Source: Azolla caroliniana (Eukaryota; Plantae; Polypodiophyta). Taken from it: 64,000 nucleotides of DNA. The stretch lies in assembly GCA_043228905.1 (NCBI GenBank), contig JBHGNT010000016.1:10292001-10356000 (forward strand), read 5' to 3'. Below, in pieces: positions 36,808 through 47,000 of the stretch. The translations under genes were made by a program, and so were the position numbers. The notes below the pieces were generated by a model. It searched no databases. It was given only the letters and a program-made list of their open reading frames with translations, and had not been told where the DNA came from. The first letter of the stretch is position 1. Each line of letters starts with the position of its first letter.

Positions 36808-39800
36808 TGTTAACTCTTAGGACCGGACAATGGCCTAACACAGGGTGTCTACGGAAGACACTTCACCAAAGGGGTGTTACGACAATAGGATTAAACTCAA
36901 CGATTAATCCGACTTAATTAGGTTACTTAGCATGATCGTCTTTAATAATCACACGCGTAAGATATAACAATGAATGCACAATGGCAATTAAGACAGAGAG
37001 ATAACAACACTAAGCTTTATTAATTAACCACTATTCATTACATTGTATCCGGGCCTTTAAATAGGTTTCCGGTCTGTATTACAAAACGGTGCCATCCGCA
37101 CCTGTTCGGGATCGGTCCGGATCCGGAACGGCATACCGATTCCAGTCCGTCCGTCCACACTCATGGCTTACTTACAACCATTCCTACTAATTAAATAACT
37201 CCCCGTTTCACACTCTGGACTCCTTTGCCGGCTGGTAACACATGGCACGCCCGTGGGACAGTACCTTGTACGTCGAATCCACAACCGACCCTTGCTATTC
37301 TTCATCCAAAATATCCAGAATGCTTTGTTCAAGAGTCTCCAATGGTTCATCTGGAATTGGTTGTTGTTGTTGTTGTTGTTGCTGTTGTTGCTGCTCTGTT
37401 GATGTTTGCTGCGACGGGTCCGTTGGTGGCTGCTGCGGCTGCTCCTCCGTTTGTTGCTCTAACACCAGTGTCTCCGTCGTTGCTCCCTCCGTCGTAGTGG
37501 TCTCCGGTTGACTGGTTCCGGGCTGGCCCTCGGCCGGCGACGGTTCCTCATCACTAAGGTTAACCGTTGCCGCTTCCCGTGCTTTTTCTTCCCGAACCCG
37601 GGACCGCTTGTAGCTTTCAAACTGGATTTGAGCGTCTAGCCTATCATCGTCTAGTTGAGCTACGAGTTGTCGGACCTGCGCCAGCTGTTCATCCGCCAGG
37701 ACTTGGAAGTCGTCAGCCAGCTCGTCCCGTATGGCGGTGAAGTCCTCGGAAGTCAACGTATAACAATCATCTCCTTCCTTCTGCCGGTTTGCCACGTCTG
37801 CCCGTAGCAATTGGAGTTCCGCCGCGTTTTGTGCCCACTTTGTCCACCATCTTACGGAGCTTTCATCAATCTAGCGTTTTGTCTGATTCAGCCATGCCCG
37901 GAGGATGCACTGAATCCGGCCCGTTCCCAACTGCGATTTGATTTCCGCCGCTTGTCGTTCCTCCTTCAGTTGCTTGATGATTTTGACGTTGTCTTCCGCC
38001 TACTCCTTGTAATGCGTCAATTGCCTTTGATATGTGCTTTGTAATTTCTGCAATACCGTTGACGCTCTCTCCTTTTCTTCCTGCTGCTGCCTCTGGAGCT
38101 CCATCCAGACCTTCTCCGCCTTGTCCAACCGTCTTGTATTTTCCGCACGTTCGTCGGCGATCTCCGTCGCGGCCCGATCAACTTCCTGCTGGAGCTCGGC
38201 CATCCATTCCTTATGCTCTGTTTCTAGCCGTTTGTAGTCCCAATGCAGGTGCTCAAAATCATCTTACTTTTGCTTGAGCCGTGCGTTGATCTGTCGACGG
38301 GCCCGGTCCTCGCGGTCCTTCTGCTAGCGGAGCTCTTCCTTTAGCCGTTCAATTTCCGTTTCCGCCGTCTTCCGCAGCTTGTCCTTTTCCTACAACACTT
38401 TGTCTTTTTCCTCCCTTAGCCGGTCATATGCTTGATGGCCTTTCTGGAGGCTCTCCTCTGCCTGGCGGAGGTTCTCAGCAGTCTTCTTTAATTCGGCTTT
38501 GGCCACTGTCTTCAATTCCCGTTCACGGCTCCTTAGCGCTTCTTGTGCGGCAAGTTCATCTCTCAATTCCGCAAGCTCCTGGGCTTGCGCCGCATCTCTC
38601 GCCGGAACGGTTTCCGTTACCGGGGTCTTATTGGTATGTACAGGTCGATCTGTTTCTTTATTCTGTACACTTACTGGAGTCACCAGTGATTGGATCTGTG
38701 TTGTCGTTAAGGCCATTTTGGCCATCTCTGTCATGACCTGATCCAAGTCTTTTCCAAGGCACTGGATTCTGGACCGGGCCGTTTCTAGTTGTTCGGTTGT
38801 GACGAGCAACCGTTCGCTTTGCGCTCTTTCTTCCGCCTCAATATACCCCACTGCTCCGACAATCTGTTCGCCTATCCACCGGAGCCACAGGATACCGGTG
38901 CCTTGTTGTTGCGTTTGCCCGGAGGTTTGACGGATGGGCTCACTTGTAGATGGGTGGTCCCGCCTGATTGCGCCGAGTTGCAATTCCGTTTCTGCCCGTG
39001 GACCACCCTGCTATCCTGGTTCCCCTTGCGCTTCTTCTTGGTTGGCCGAGGGAGGCTGCATTGACCTTTCCGGCTCTGGCGGGATGGGACTTGCCGGTGT
39101 TGCCGGTGGTGCCGGGGCTTCGGATTCCGGTGCCATGCGCACCGGTTCCTATTCTTCCCTTGGCGTGGGAGTCTCAGTATGGGGAGCCGGTGTTCCCTCT
39201 GTCTGAGGGTCCGCACGTTTCCCGGCTGCCTCAATGGTCCTTGCCGATGACCGTCGCTGGAGGTGCTCCGTACGCTCCTCTATTTCCTCTTCCTAAGTCC
39301 CGGCATTGAGTTTTGCCGCCAAGGGGTCCGCTTCTCTATTCACCGGTCGGCAGAGTGTAACCTTTACGGGCCATGCCAGTGGTTCCTCTTGCGCATCCGT
39401 TGGCCGCTTCCGGCTGACGCTCTCCTTTCCCGCCTGTTCTGCGTCCGCCGCCTTCCCCTTAGTGGCCTTGGCGGCCAACAACTGTTGTCTTTTGGAAGCC
39501 GTCTTTGGGGTGCCGTCCGCCACTCTTCCTCGCTTCTTGGGCTGGACGGTGTCGTGCCTTTCGGCTCTGGATCGTTGCGTGAGTCGGGTGGGAACCACAG
39601 AGGTCTTGGACTAGGAGAAAGAAGTTCGTGAGATAGAGATTAATTATGAGTAAATAGCAAAGAGAAAGATAAGAAACTCGTGAATCACACGAGTATACTA
39701 TATTAATTGGTACTTAGGGTGTTAAGAGAGAAGTAGATGTATAAATCGTGAATCCCACGAATAATTTTTGTATTGATTAATTCTTAATCCAAATAATCAA

Positions 39801-40340
39801 CAACAACTACAATGTGCTCCCCATCCTTATATAGTGATGGGAGAGACTAAGCATAGCTACATGCTTTTTTTTTACAAAAAGTGTTCATGTCCACTAAATG
39901 TGCATGTGATGCTTTTTTTTATTTCCTAAGTATAGGGCTCATGCACGCTAGATGTGCATGAGATATTTTTAGTGTCTCGTGTTTTTTTCTTTTTCATATA
40001 TAAAAAAAAAACACGATTTACCTTTTAATAAAGGTATGCATAAATAAAGCACTTATAGTTATTAAATCTATTTGTAGAACACTAAAGATAAGGTAGCATA
40101 ATGGTAAAGTTGAGGTTTGGCTATGTGGAGGTACAAGGTTTGAATCTTGCCCTATGCACGTGATAAATATCTTGATATATTCTTATTTTATTTATTTATA
40201 TGTAATTAAATCGGTTATATTATTTTTACTTTTTTACGTAGTGTACGAAATACACTACGACACTCGCCCCCTCCGAACCCGCACATCCTCCGGTATGTGC
40301 CGAAGTTGCCGATGCTCGCTGTCTCCCCTTCATCCTCCGT

Positions 40341-42290
40341 TTATCCTGCTATGTCAACTTTGTCTCTCCATTTTGAGTAGACCCATTCTTTCCACCCGAA
40401 CCATTGTCGCCATCCGATCCACCATATTCTTTGTTCTCTCTTATCATATTCTTGGCCCTTGTCATTCGTGGTAGTGTCTTTTACTGGCCTCTTTCTTGTC
40501 TTCATCAACCTTGACTTTTTTCCGGATCGCCCTCGTCCGATCAACTTTCGGTTTGATCGGCTTCCGATCGGATTCGTATTCGGCCGAATCGGAATCGGTT
40601 GTTCGGTTTCGATTGAGTCGGTCTCCTTCCGGCCCGGTTTCGATCTATCGGTTTCGGTTTCGGTTGGCTTTCTTTTCCTCGTTTGTACCAGCCTCGACCG
40701 GTCCAACCTTCGGTTGAGTCGGATTAGCTTCTTTCTGGATCGGTCTCGTCCGATTGGCTTTCGGCTAGGTCGGCTTCCATCCATATTCGCGTTTGGCCAA
40801 GTCAGACTCGGTCGATCGGTTTTGACCGAGTCGACCCCTTTTCGGGTCGGCTTTCTTTCAGGTCGTTTTTCGGCCGAATCCTCATTCGCCCGATTCAGCT
40901 TTCGTTTGTGTCGTCTTTCGGCCGAATTCTCTTCCTTTCGGTTCGGCTTTCTTTCGGGTCGACTTTCGGTCGAATCCTCTTTTACCCGGTTCGGCTTTCT
41001 TTCGGATCGGAATCCCGTCCGGATCACCTTCCATCCTAACTGGCTTCCGACTTTACCTTTCTTGCCGCCACCTCCCGTCTCTCCGGTCTCACGTTGCTTC
41101 TCAGACACAACCGCCGAAGTCTCTAGGATTAGTGGGTAGGAATCCTCGGTATTATCATCCTCCATTGTTTCACCCATAGCCACATTCTCGGCTATCTCTC
41201 TGTCGTATGCATCGACTTCGACCTTTGTTTTCTCTCCGCCACCTTCCGTCTCTTCGGTCTCACGTTGCCTTTCGAACGCAACCGCCAGAGTCTCTGGAAT
41301 TAGTGGTGGGGAAGTCTGGATATGGCCATCCGTCGTTGATTCGTCCATAGCCACCTTCAATTCGATGTCATCTTTCGTGGTGACCTCCTCAATCAAGTCC
41401 TCCTTGCTCTCTTTCACTGCATCAATTATGCAAACATCAATTATGCTTACCCCTTTTTCACCCGATGTTTTGGACACTTGTATTCCGAAATCTTCTTCTA
41501 CACTTGAATTATCGGCCTTATCCTTCGCCATCGTTCTTTCACAAGACGAGTGGGTGTCTTGTTCCACTCTTTCTCCCGTGGTACCATCATGTTGTATTTC
41601 GGCCTTCATATTGGCTTCATCGTTTTTCCTCAATCGACCATCCTTCATGGGCCATGTCGTTGTTGACGAGATTCTCAGCTTCCTTTCATCATGTCTTCGG
41701 CATACCCTTTCGACTTTGGCCCAATCCTCGGTAAGGCCGTTCGCACCGTCATCATCTTCGAGTTCGATCCCGATGTCCATCCTTTCTTTTCGATCGATCG
41801 ATTTTACGAACATTAGGACTTTATCCTCCCCCACCAACCGTTGTTCCCGCTCCGAGAGTTGAGCAAGACGATGCTCGAACTCTAGGAATGCTTGTGTTGC
41901 ACTTCGGTGGGTCTTCTCCGATGCCACCCATTCGTCGAATTTTCGCCGATCTTGTCCCTTTGATCTCTTGTAATCATATGACTCTCGTAAAGCTTCTTCG
42001 AATGACCCCCATGTCGAGTTTTGTTGCCGTATCTTGTGGATTCTCTCTTGTAGCTCATCCGTGGCCACCCGATTGAAGGATGTCACTTGCAATCCTTCCG
42101 GTATCCCACATCGTATCATCTCTGCCTTGTAGTCACGTAGATAGCGTGACAGATCGTTTCCGTTGAATTGTCCGTTTCGTTGTACGAGCCGCTTTACTAC
42201 CGCCGTGATCTCCGACATCGCTCGTTGTTCTTGTAGCATCCGTTCGAACATCATCATCATCATGTTCATCGCCTCTTGTTGATTCTCCAT
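40341..42290 (-). CDS. Intact 649-aa Gag-like protein with acidic middle and basic repetitive tail
   Basis: Open frame from the first ATG after the PBS. N-terminal FNGNDLSRYLRDY...W..FEEALRE.Y resembles a retrotransposon capsid. No PR, RT or INT motifs. Confidence 0.75.
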   Translation of the reverse strand: MENQQEAMNMMMMMFERMLQEQRAMSEITAVVKRLVQRNGQFNGNDLSRYLRDYKAEMIRCGIPEGLQVTSFNRVATDELQERIHKIRQQNSTWGSFEEALRESYDYKRSKGQDRRKFDEWVASEKTHRSATQAFLEFEHRLAQLSEREQRLVGEDKVLMFVKSIDRKERMDIGIELEDDDGANGLTEDWAKVERVCRRHDERKLRISSTTTWPMKDGRLRKNDEANMKAEIQHDGTTGERVEQDTHSSCERTMAKDKADNSSVEEDFGIQVSKTSGEKGVSIIDVCIIDAVKESKEDLIEEVTTKDDIELKVAMDESTTDGHIQTSPPLIPETLAVAFERQRETEETEGGGEKTKVEVDAYDREIAENVAMGETMEDDNTEDSYPLILETSAVVSEKQRETGETGGGGKKGKVGSQLGWKVIRTGFRSERKPNRVKEDSTESRPERKPNRKEENSAERRHKRKLNRANEDSAEKRPERKPTRKGVDSVKTDRPSLTWPNANMDGSRPSRKPIGRDRSRKKLIRLNRRLDRSRLVQTRKRKPTETETDRSKPGRKETDSIETEQPIPIRPNTNPIGSRSNRKLIGRGRSGKKSRLMKTRKRPVKDTTTNDKGQEYDKREQRIWWIGWRQWFGWKEWVYSKWRDKVDIAG

Positions 42291-42306
42291 CCCCTTGCCA
42301 CTCGCC

Positions 42307-42324
42307 TTCACGTCGGGTTCACCA
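42307..42324 (-). promoter_or_regulatory. PBS, probably tRNA-Trp
   Basis: TGGTGAACCCGACGTGAA, 4 nt after the 5' LTR; matches my recollection of the plant tRNA-Trp 3' end (...TTCACGTCGGGTTCACCA). Confidence 0.8.
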
Positions 42325-44094
42325 ACTGTGTCGTGCCTTTCGGCTCTGGATCGTTGCGTGAGTCGGGTGGGAACCACAGAGGTCTTGGACTAGGAGAAAG
42401 AAGTTCGTGAGATAGAGATTAATTATGAGTAAATAGCAAAGAGAAAGATAAGAAACTCGTGAATCACACGAGTATACTATATTAATTGGTACTTAGGGTG
42501 TTAAGAGAGAAGTAGATGTATAAATCGTGAATCCCACGAATAATTTTTGTATTGATTAATTCTTAATCCAAATAATCAACAACAACTACAATGTGCTCCC
42601 CATCCTTATATAGTGATGGGAGAGACTAAGCATAGCTACATGCTTTTTTTTTACAAAAAGTGTTCATGTCCACTAAATGTGCATGTGATGCTTTTTTTTA
42701 TTTCCTAAGTATAGGGCTCATGCACGCTAGATGTGCATGAGATATTTTTAGTGTCTCGTGTTTTTTTCTTTTTCATATATAAAAAAAAAACACGATTTAC
42801 CTTTTAATAAAGGTATGCATAAATAAAGCACTTATAGTTATTAAATCTATTTGTAGAACACTAAAGATAAGGTAGCATAATGGTAAAGTTGAGGTTTGGC
42901 TATGTGGAGGTACAAGGTTTGAATCTTGCCCTATGCACGTGATAAATATCTTGATATATTCTTATTTTATTTATTTATATGTAATTAAATCGGTTATATT
43001 ATTTTTACTTTTTTACGTAGTGTACGAAATACACTACGACAACGGATTGGACGGGTGGCACAAGCAAGGTGAGCCACTGCGTTACGGCGTGCCACATCCT
43101 CCCTCCGTCTCGGCCTTCTTTGTCATCTTTGCCTCTGACGATCTCGATCGCCGCACACAACCCGTCTGCGATCAATACCAGCCAATCCACCTTGATCCCT
43201 TGATAGGTGGCGATGATCATCCCTGCCCGGTTCTACGGCATGACAGGGGGTCTAGGGTACACATGGCCGTATTCGTGGAGCACACAAGTAATCTCGCGGA
43301 ACAACATATCTTCGACGCCCTGTGTCCGGTAGCCCTTGCTGGCTAGGGAGTACTCACCAAAATACCTGATGAGTTGCTCCGGGGTCGGATTGTCAATCGT
43401 GAGTATGACTCCCTCCGGAAGGCCTGTTAACGCTCGAATCGCCTCCGTCGTTATGACCTCTGTGTCGATTTCTTGGATCACCTTGTCGGTTTCTTTGTGT
43501 GGCGGTACTTCCATCATCATCAAGAAGCCCTCGAGCCCGTGTTGCTTTAGCCATGTCTTGGCGGCTTCCGACATCGTTTGCGGGTCCATGTCTGTGTCGA
43601 GGTCGGATTGCGGTGGCGAGGTTGGATGGTGATGAGAGTGAGATTGAGAGAGAGAGAGTTCAGAAGGGGGGGGTTCTCTGTGTGTAGGTTCTCGTTTGAT
43701 GATCTTGCAGCGCCTTGGTGCTTCTGTGCTCCTGGGTTCGCGAAAGTAAAGGGTCTCCACGCGCAGTGGTTTTTCTTTGTGCATTCTGGCGCCTTTTTTG
43801 AGTGTGTGCACGTCGTGTACTAAAATAGCATTATGTCCTGTGGTGGCGCTTTAAATGCCCACTACGTACCTTTTCGCTCCTCGCTCTTTCGTCCATTCAT
43901 TCCTCGCTTTTGCATGATTACTTCGTTTTTTTTTTTTACTGTTAGTGTGACGTTACTTGTCCATTGGTCCTCTCGAACCCTTATCGGCCTCATTCTCCCC
44001 AGTTACCGGCTCGCCGTCTCTGCTGTCTTGGTGGTTGCCATTTCCCTCATTGGTGTCGGTCCTTTGCTCAAATGGGTTCTTAGGCATCGGTCCT

Positions 44095-47000
44095 CTATAT
44101 GGCTTCAAATCCGTTGACCCATTTGCCTAGCACTTCGCTGGCAAGTGTCCCTAACTGGTAGGACCCATTATACTCACGTGTCAGCCAATACGGTCCGGTC
44201 CATCTAAACCGTAGTTTACCCGGCATCTTGCCCATCCGGGTTTGAAATACTAACACCGGTTTGCCGATTGTGAACATTTTTTCGTTTCCTTTCCTATGCC
44301 GGTCGACAAAAGCTTTCCATCGCCGTTGTTCCAATTCTAAGTGTAGGATGCTTGCCAATCGTTGTTCCTCGAGTTCACACAGCGTTGTTAACTGTATTGC
44401 CTCCGACTCCTTCTCGTTCAGCCGTTCCCGTAGCTGGATCCGTAAGCTGGGTACTTGGAATTCCATCGGCATTACCGCCTCTAGTCCGAACGGTAACCGG
44501 AACGGTGTTGTTCAGATGCTCGTTTTGTATACTGTCCGGTATGCCCAAAGCGCGCTATGTAGCTTGGTATCCCAATCCGTTCGGTTTTCGTTGACGGTCT
44601 TCCGGAGGATATTCTAGAGCGTTTTGTTCGTCGATTCCGCTAACCCGTTTGCTTGCGGATAGTATGGTGTGCTCCGTTTATGGACAACGGCATAGAATGT
44701 CGTCAGGCTTTTAACTACTTGGCCGAGAAAGTGCCCCCATTGGTCGCTTATTAATTCGATTGGGCATCCGTAACGGCACCAGATGTACTCGTATAGAAAT
44801 TTCGTCGTTGACACAGCGGTGTTGTCTCTTAAGGCTTTGGCCTCCACCCATTTCGTGCAGTAATCCGTTGCGACGATGACGTACTGATTACCCGTTCTCA
44901 TTGCTGGTGATTTGAACGGTCCAACAAAGTCCAGCCCCCACTTCTGGAATGGCTCGAGTGGTAGTACCGGTTGGTGTGGCATACGAGCCTACTCCGTTGG
45001 CTGGCCCATTCGCTGGCATAGGTCACATTCTTTTGCGTACCGTACCACATCTCTTAATGCCGTTGGCCACCATAGGCCACTTTGCCATATTTTCCTGGCC
45101 GTCGCATCTCCGGCATAGTGACTTCCGACAACTCCGCAGTGGGCTTCCCTCAGTATCAGGTCCTTTTCATCGTTGCGCATAGCCCGTCTCCATATGCCGT
45201 CCATGCCCTTGTGGTAAAGTGTGTCTTGCAGTAAGCAGAAATGTCGGCTTTGCACCACCAGGCGTTTCCGTTCGTCCCGGTTCATCTCTTCCGGAGGCAG
45301 TCTTGTGCTCAGAAACTAGTGCATGTTTGTGAGCCACTTGTCTTCCTGTGCCACCGTCTCATCTGCTGCCGTTTCCGTAGTGAGTCGAAACAGCTCCGCA
45401 TCCGGAAACTCATCCGCTACTTCGTCACCCGTCTCTCTGGACTCTAATCGGCTTAAGTAATCCGCCACGGCATGCTGTATACTGGGTCGGTGGAATATTT
45501 CAAACTCGAATTCCTGTAACAGTAAGGTCCACTGGGCCAATTTACCGGTGAGTGACGCTTTGGACACCAAGTAAAGGAGTGCCGAATGATCTACATGGAA
45601 GGAAAACTTCCTTCCCAATAAATAATGCCGAAACTTTGTCACACTATAGATCATCCCTAGAGCTTCCCGTTCCGTGGTAGAGTAGTTCCGTTCTGCTTGG
45701 GATAGCTTTCGGTTGGCATAGTACACTGGCCGGTACCACTTTGGCTCCGTAAGCTACATCAGTACGCTTCCGATTGCGATGTCGGAGGCATCCACGAACA
45801 CATGAAATTCTTTACTCCAATCCGGAGGCTGCACTACCTGTGCTTGCGACAATAGTACCTTGAGGGCCCTATACGCCCTATCCTCAATGTCGGTCCACTG
45901 GAATGGTGTCCGATGTACGGCGGCATGCAACGGTGTAGCCAGGTCGGCCAAGTATCGGAGCATCCGGCTGTGCCACCGGATCTAGCCTAAGAACCCACTT
46001 AATGCCTTTGCCGTTGCCGGCGCCGGTGCTTCTAATATGGCTTTCACTTTGTCCGTGTCAACTGCAATACCTTCCTGGCTCACAATATGTCCTAATAAAG
46101 TTCCATTGGACACGCCAAATACACACTTTGCCGGATTCAAGCTTAGCCGGTATGCTCTACACTTTTCTAGACAAAGACGGAGGTGCTGAAAATGGTCCTC
46201 CTCCCGGCTATAGACGGCGAAATCGTCAAGGAAAACCTGCATAAAAGCCGGAATATATTCACCAAAGATTTCCATGATGATTCGTTGAAATGTTGCAGGT
46301 GCCGTTTTGAGTCTGAACATCATCACCACGGCCACAAACACCCCCCATTCGGTGACGAAAGTCGTTTTCTCTTGGTCGTCGGGGTGCATCCGGATCTGAT
46401 TATACCCGCTGAATCCGTCTAGGAAGCTATAGATCTCATGGCCAGCTACGGCATCCAACACTCCATTTGTGAACGGAAGTGGAAACGCATCTGTTACCGT
46501 AGCTGCATTGAGTTTCCGGTAGTCCACACAAACTCGAATTTTTCCGTTCTTCTTCAGTACAACTACGATCGGGCTAAGCCATGTCGCTTTTTTACCGGAC
46601 GGATAAAGCCAACTCTTAGCAGTTTGTCGATTTCCTCCTTGACTTTGGCGGCATAATTGGGATTCATCCGGTACCGTCTTTGTGCCACTGGTTTTGCGTC
46701 CTTGCTCAAGTGAACCTGATGCTGGTATAACTGAGGGTCGAGTCCTCGCATGTCTTCGTATGACCAGGCGAACACATCGTGAAATTCCGTGAGAAGTGTG
46801 ATCATCGCCGTTTTGTCTTCGGACTTCATCTCCTTGGCGATGTGCACCGGTTTTGCTTCGTCCGTGGTCCCTAGGTTCACCTCTTCTGGTTGCGACGCTT
46901 TTATGCGCTGTGAAACGGCCATTTCCCGTTCCAACGCTTCCTGCGCTTGCCGTAACTCCCAGATTGCATCTTTATCCGGTTTTGCATCAGCCTCTTCCGG

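Larger units (their letters stand above)
39550..43041 (-). mobile_element. Non-autonomous gag-only LTR element (3492 bp), very recent
   Basis: 713-bp LTRs 39550-40262 and 42329-43041, apparently identical; termini TGTCG...CGACA; TSD ACGG; PBS 42307-42324; PPT GGAGGGGGCGAG at 40263-40274. Confidence 0.95.
37295..43811 (-). pseudogene. Extra ORF3 downstream of pol (~3 kb without the nested insert), coiled-coil with poly-Q tail
   Basis: Consecutive - strand ORFs 43233..43811, 43005..43220, 39293..39549, 38390..38983, 38000..38203 and 37295..37810; homologues at 105-602 and 56165-56690. Confidence 0.7.

Noticed and set aside
37225-37511. Poly-Cys / poly-Val ORFs on the + strand
   Set aside because: Antisense reading of the CAA/CAG poly-Q tract of ORF3.
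40459-41862. Long + strand ORFs inside the gag-only element
   Set aside because: Shadow frames of the repetitive - strand ORF with no independent motif.
42291-42377. N-terminal 29 codons of the 678-aa ORF call
   Set aside because: They start at a GTG inside the LTR and cross the PBS; the first ATG at 42290 is the more plausible start.
37295-43811. Calling ORF3 an env gene
   Set aside because: No signal peptide or transmembrane helix is visible in the translated pieces.
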